A stretch of 55,587 nucleotides of DNA from Eledone cirrhosa (taxonomy: Eukaryota). Under the pieces are notes generated by a model. It made no database searches, was not told the DNA's origin, and worked only from the letters and a program-made list of their open reading frames with translations. A program made the translations under genes and the position numbers. Below are positions 46,286 to 55,587 of the stretch, piece after piece; position 1 is the first letter of the stretch, and the number at the start of each line of letters is the position of its first letter. Location of the stretch: positions 1 through 55,587 of the forward strand of contig CAXHJY010000383.1 of the NCBI GenBank assembly GCA_964016885.1. The letters are read 5' to 3'.

Positions 46286-46552
46286 ATATCCAGTGCTTTT
46301 ATCGAGAATGACACAGCTAGAGACTTATAGAATACTTAGCTGTGTACAGGAACTGGTTTGAAAGAGCGGTTGCCGGTCCGGCAGAAATTAGAAATTGGAA
46401 TAAATGCTCTGAAATAGCGATATATATGTGAATATAGACATAGAATATTCGAAAATATTCTGTATGTTTATAATAAACATTTTGAAGACCTAATCGCTAT
46501 AGAATAGAATACGTCACGTATTACAATTAGATTCTCGATAAAAGCAAGGGAA

Positions 46553-46595
46553 GTAATCTACGCGTTTCATTCTCGTTAGAAATCATCAGGACTAC
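46553..46595 (-). ncRNA. Type I hammerhead ribozyme (310-bp repeat, copy 2)
   Basis: Identical, offset +310. Confidence 0.88.
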
Positions 46596-46862
46596 ATATC
46601 CAGTGCTTTTATCGAGAATGACACAGCTAGAGACTTATAGAATACTTAGCTGTGTACAGGAACTGGTTTGAAAGAGCGGTTGCCGGTCCGGCAGAAATTA
46701 GAAATTGGAATAAATGCTCTGAAATAGCGATATATATGTGAATATAGACATAGAATATTCGAAAATATTCTGTATGTTTATAATAAACATTTTGAAGACC
46801 TAATCGCTATAGAATAGAATACGTCACGTATTACAATTAGATTCTCGATAAAAGCAAGGGAA

Positions 46863-46905
46863 GTAATCTACGCGTTTCATTCTCGTTAGAAATCATCAGG
46901 ACTAC
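46863..46905 (-). ncRNA. Type I hammerhead ribozyme (310-bp repeat, copy 3)
   Basis: Identical, offset +620. Confidence 0.88.
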
Positions 46906-47081
46906 ATATCCAGTGCTTTTATCGAGAATGACACAGCTAGAGACTTATAGAATACTTAGCTGTGTACAGGAACTGGTTTGAAAGAGCGGTTGCCGGTCCG
47001 GCAGAAATTAGAAATTGGAATAAATGCTCTGAAATAGCGATATATATGTGAATATAGACATAGAATATTCGAAAATATTCT

Positions 47082-47114
47082 ATATATATATATACGTATA
47101 TATATATATATGCG

Positions 47115-47157
<43 letters not shown>

Positions 47158-47256
47158 GTATATATCTATATATATTCTATATATATATATTGGTATATAT
47201 ATATACGTATATATATGCGTATATATATATATATACGTATATATCTATATATATAC

Positions 47257-47289
<33 letters not shown>

Positions 47290-47338
47290 TATATATTTAT
47301 ATATATACGTATATATATATATATATATATATATATAC

Positions 47339-47398
<60 letters not shown>

Positions 47399-47420
47399 GT
47401 ATATATATATATATATATAC

Positions 47421-47489
<69 letters not shown>

Positions 47490-47490
47490 C

Positions 47491-47522
<32 letters not shown>

Positions 47523-47564
47523 GTATATATATATACGTATATATATATATATATATATATATAC

Positions 47565-47620
<56 letters not shown>

Positions 47621-47662
47621 GTATATATATATATACGTATATATATATATATATATATATAC

Positions 47663-47698
<36 letters not shown>

Positions 47699-47709
47699 GT
47701 ATATATATA
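47082..47709. repeat. (TA)n array with TACG and barcode interruptions
   Basis: Directly visible. Confidence 0.97.
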
Positions 47710-48774
47710 TAGATAGAAGTGGCCACAAAAATAGATTAGAATATATACCTTCTACTAAAACTACTAAAAGCATACAACCTAATATTACCAACAAACACCA
47801 AATGAAAAGTACACACCTAAATGCCACCCACACTATACCCCAAAATACCAAATCTTCTAATATAAAATATAGTAACTCTCAAAAAACTACTCATCATACA
47901 ACTCTAATAAATATTAATAATAAAACTCCTAATAAAAAAGATAAAACACCTAAATCTACAAATATAACTAAAAATGGTTGTGGTGAGATCATTAACATTA
48001 ATCCACCTAGTAAACATCACGATACAACCTATAAAAATAATAAAAATAATAAACAACATAGAAACCGTAATAGACGGGTTACTTGGTATAATGCTCCATT
48101 TAATTTACAAATTAAGGATAATATTGCTAAAAAATTTTTTTATATCCTAGAGAAAAACTTCCCGCCAAACCACAAATACCATCAAATCTTAAATAGGTCT
48201 ACAGTTAAATTCTCATACTCAACAACAAATAACATAAAACAAAATATAAGTACCTATAATGCATATAAATGTAAGAAAACCATAAGTATACCACCAATAC
48301 ATCAAATTAACCATAATATCTCCTCAAATACAGAATTAACGAAAGGTTGTAACTGTAGAAACAAAGCAAACTGCCCATTAAAAGGGAATTGTCTTGTTAA
48401 CAACATAGTCTATAAATGTAATGTTAAAACTAAAGATTCTATTTGCTCATATATAGGAGCTACTTCTAACAATTTTAAGACAAGGTTTAATACCCACAAG
48501 CATAGTTTTAAAAATGCCGCACTGGCTAATACAACATCTCTAGCAGAAAAAATCAATAGTTATAAAAATAAGAATATAGAATATGATTTGACCTGGAGTG
48601 TGCTCAAAAGAGCCACCCATTATCAAAATAATAGAAATGAATGTAGATTATGTTCCCAAGAACTATTTGAAATAATGAAATCTAAGGATATCCTATTAAA
48701 TAAACGACAGGAATTAATTATATCGTGTAATCATAAACTAAAAAAAAACATTTAAATATTATAAACCTAATTAA
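47710..48774 (+). pseudogene. 5'-truncated family A ORF (linker plus GIY-YIG) with a +1 frameshift in the terminal poly-A run
   Basis: Tracked ORF 47802..48755 ends KLKKNI* rather than [12 protein letters not shown]. Confidence 0.88.
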
Positions 48775-50035
48775 TAACATTATTTTAGAAATTAATATAT
48801 AATTTAATTTAAATGTTAGTTAACCTATAAATTTAATTTAATTAAAATTCTACTACAGATGAGAATATAAAATATTGTGTAATCATAAATTGTGAAAAAC
48901 CTTTAAATATTACTAATATATACTTAGTAATTTAATTTATAGATTAATTTTAATTTATTTAACCCTTTATTAAAATTCCTTTACAGATAAAATATAACAA
49001 AATATCGTGTATCCAATGACAGAGAAATAATTTTTAGTATTATAGACCTAATTAATATACATTTTAGAAATATATTTATAATTTGGTTTTAAATTTAGTC
49101 AACCTAAAAATTTAATTTAATTGGCTTAAAATTAGTATCCTAATACAAACGGATTGCAGAGTGTCATGTAATCATAGAATGGGATGTGTTTTGGATGTAT
49201 ACCTAGTTAATATATTCTTTGCAATTTTTGAAAAAATATGTATATGTATGTATGTATATGTATGTGTATGTATGTATGTATATGTGTGTATATATATATA
49301 TATATGTGTATGTATATGTATATGTATATGTATTAATTTTGATTTCTATTTGCATATAATTATATTCTGCTATTGATAAAATACAATATCTGTTTTATTT
49401 ATTATATACCTAATTAACATATACTATAGAAATTAATATATAATTTTTAATTTAGTTAACATATAATTTATATTCTACTACCGATGTAATACTTTATTTG
49501 TTTTTTCCCTATTACTAAATTCATTTCCTAATATTGATACCATAACGTTAATAACTTTAATTTAGTTATACTATAATTAATACTCTACTACTATTTAACT
49601 TCAAAATTCTGCTTCAAATATTATAAACCTAACTAATTTACACCTTAGAAATCAATATGTTAACTATCTTTAGTTTAGTTAACATATAATTAATGGTATA
49701 CTTATTTTGAAATGCATAATTTTGCCTTATTTCTTGCATTTCCTAACACTGAAACTATGTAAAAACATATATTGAGATCCAAATACAGATTAATATTCTA
49801 TGTTTCTTGAAACATATATTTACTATAATCCCCTTCTCCACCCCCCCTTTCCCCCATACTATTATCATCTGTGTTTGTAAGCGTGTATGTATGAATATAT
49901 ATGTAGGTAGGTGTTTATATGTTTGGGTGTTTATATCTGAGTATAAAAATACATATATGCGCATGCAAATAAGAATGTATGATTGTGTGTATATATATAT
50001 GTATATATATATATGTGTATATATGCATGTGTATA

Positions 50036-50068
<33 letters not shown>

Positions 50069-50899
50069 GTGTATATGTGTATATGTGTGTGGGCGTGTAT
50101 GTGTGTGTATATATATATATATGTGTGTATGTATGTGTATGTATATATGTGTATGTATATGTATGTCTCTCTATATATATGTCTATCTTCGTATCTATGT
50201 GGGTATATGTATATGTTTATGTGTATATGTGTGTATGTGTATATATGTACGTGTGCGCACATATATATGTGAGTGTGTGTGTGTGTGTATATATATATAT
50301 GTATATCTATGTGTGTATATATATATATTCGTATGTGTATATATATATATTATTTATTATTATAATATAACTTATGTGTATATGTATATATGTGAAGGTG
50401 TGTATATGTATATATATGTATATATATGTGTAAAAATATATATGTGTATGTGTGTTTTTGTGTGTGTGTGTATATATATGTATATATGTGTGTATGTATG
50501 TGGTTGTATGTGTGTATATGGTTGTATGTGTGTGTGGGTATATATATAAATGTATGTGTATATATATATATATATATGTGTATATGTATCTCTATTAATG
50601 TGTGTATATATGTATATGTATATACCTTTTTCTTTGTATGTCTGAGTTGTGTTAGAGTGTAGTGGTGTTTGTATGTATATACGCATATATGGATGCGTAT
50701 GTATTTGTATATATGCGTATATGTAAGTGCGTATGTGTGTATGAATATATATCTATGTCTATGTATGAGTATGTATGTGTGTGTATGTATGTGTGTGTGT
50801 ATGTATGTATGTGTGTATGTGTGTATATATATATATATGTATGTGTGTATATATATGTATGTATGTGTATGTATGTACATATATGTGTATGTATATGTG

Positions 50900-50945
<46 letters not shown>

Positions 50946-51138
50946 TATTTTTCATATATATGTGTGTGTGTGTATGTGTGTGTGTATATATATCTTTATA
51001 TATGTGTATGTGTATGTTTGTGTAGGTGTGTGTGTGTGTGTGTGACTATATATGTATGTGTGTATGTGTGTATGTATGTATGTGTATGTGTGTGTACATG
51101 TATGTATGTGTATGTATATATGTGTGTATATATGTATG

Positions 51139-51177
<39 letters not shown>

Positions 51178-51541
51178 GTTTATGTATCTCTATTTGTATG
51201 TGTATATGTGTATATGTATATACCTTTTTCTTTGTATGTCTGAGTTGTGTGAGAGTGTAGTGGTGTTTGTATGTATATACCGATATATGGATGCGTAAGT
51301 ATTTGTATATATGCGTATATATAAGTACGTATGTGTGGGTGAATATATATCTATGTCTATGTATGAGTATGTATGTGTGTGTATGTATGTGTGTATGTGT
51401 GTATGTATATATGTATGTCTGTATGTATATGTGTGTATATATATGTATGTATGTGTATGTCTGTATGTATATAAGTATGTATATGTGCGTGTATGTGTAT
51501 ATATATGTGTGTCTATATATGTGTGTGTGTATATATGTGTA

Positions 51542-51584
<43 letters not shown>

Positions 51585-51653
51585 ATATGTGTGTATATAT
51601 ATATATGTATATGTTTATATATGTGTGTGTGTGTGTGTTGTATGTGTAGATGA

Positions 51654-51702
<49 letters not shown>

Positions 51703-52308
51703 CTTGATATATTTCTTTTTTCTTTTTTCTTTTTCTTTCCTTTTCTTTTTATTTCTAAGTTTATAGATACATCTATAAATAAGCAGTCTGCCCAAACAGT
51801 TGAGTACTGACCTCTCCCCCCCTCCCACCTAATTTCTGTATCTTGATCTAAATGTGTGTGGCAGTGTTTATGTGAGTGAATTAATATCCATGTGCTTATG
51901 ATAATATTATATCCACATATATATGTGTGTGAGGGTGTGTGTGTGTATGTATGTTCGTAATTATGTGTATGTTTATGCATATACGCGCGCGTGTGTGTGA
52001 GTGTACGGATATGTGTGAGTATGAGAATATGTGTATACACTTATTTCATATTTATGTGTCTACACGCATTTTATCTGTGGATTATAAGCTTACAGAGACA
52101 TTAGCCTTGAATTTTTGTATTTGCATACATCTTTTCGGCATGCGTATGCATGTTGAGCATACATCTTTGTATAAATATGTGTACGGGGTTACATGTATAT
52201 ACACACACCAAACTGCATAAAACTTTTTGTATTTTCATTGGTCAATTTTGAACTCCGTTCCCAAACGGACCTGAAATTTTGAATTGTTGTTATTATCAAT
52301 AAATATAT

Positions 52309-52463
52309 TTCATTATTTCTGAAGACGGCATATATGTGTGTTTGGTATGTATATTTAATCTTGATAGTTTGTATAATTTTGAATAATTTTGTACATAGAT
52401 CTGTTGAATATGCATGCCAATTCTAACACATATATATCCTAGAAACGATCGTTAAATAATGAA
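52309..52463 (+). ncRNA. Type I hammerhead ribozyme (family A)
   Basis: ttcattattt-CTGAAGA...GAAA-CGATCG-TT-aaataatgaa. Confidence 0.8.
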
Positions 52464-52660
52464 CTTTTTTTGTTTAATATAAGGAACTGTTTCATTGTTT
52501 TATTCATTATTTGTTTAATATTTTATCTTGACTCTGTATTCCGTTTATCTTTCACCGGAAGTGATTTTTCATTACATCTCTTCTTTCCATGATATCCGGA
52601 ATACATTGAGTTCTTCATACGGATTGGACACTACCGTAAACTCTTGGTAGATTTATCTAC

Positions 52661-55430
<2,770 letters not shown>

Positions 55431-55587
55431 GTTAAAAGAATAGAGGTGTAACACACAAGTTATTATATATTGGTAAACGGAATAGAAAATGCTGGACAAA
55501 TTGTTCACAGTTGAAAAATGGTTTAATTAGGATTAAAAGAGTATTAGTGATTGTATGGGTTAGTATTCAGTTGTGCTTTTAAGTTTT

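Larger units (their letters stand above)
46085..47081 (-). mobile_element. Candidate non-LTR retrozyme: 310-bp monomer, ~3.2 tandem copies
   Basis: ttggaataaatg recurs at 46085, 46395, 46705 and 47015. Copies appear identical. One minus-strand HHR per monomer, many hairpins, non-coding, flanked by (TA)n. Confidence 0.88.
47710..52660 (+). mobile_element. Family A copy A4, 5'-truncated, full terminus, no inverted arm
   Basis: Colinear with the reverse complement of 15898-21127. Ends ...gtagatttatctac. Confidence 0.92.

Noticed and set aside
46085-47081. CRISPR array or ordinary satellite interpretation of the 310-bp repeat (and of the 468-bp repeat)
   Set aside because: There are no unique spacers or cas genes and the context is eukaryotic. 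One HHR per unit fits a retrozyme better.

Overview
This is a eukaryotic, very AT-rich window with no recognisable host gene. A tRNA-derived SINE and the microsatellite style suggest a cephalopod or other mollusc, but that is inference only. The window is essentially one expanded (TA)n microsatellite locus filled with nested Penelope-like retroelements (PLEs; RT plus C-terminal GIY-YIG endonuclease) from four families. Family A has five insertions, one with an intact 813-aa ORF in a head-to-tail 1.9-mer. Families C and E are related to A and have Hydra-clade-like features. Family B is Neptune/Nematis-like. The 3' ends of A, C and E carry type I hammerhead ribozymes (HHRs). A's has a 115-nt stem II and E's has a compensatory U3:A8 core. 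Two non-coding, highly structured tandem arrays (310-bp and 468-bp monomers) each carry one intact HHR per monomer. They look like non-LTR retrozymes (small circular RNA parasites) inserted into the same (TA)n targets. Most insertions have inverted arms with two recurring termini, and the flanking (TA)n arrays share 'barcodes' that suggest long target duplications. Nearly all other ORFs in the track are microsatellite artefacts. All structures were read by eye; no folding or database search was run.
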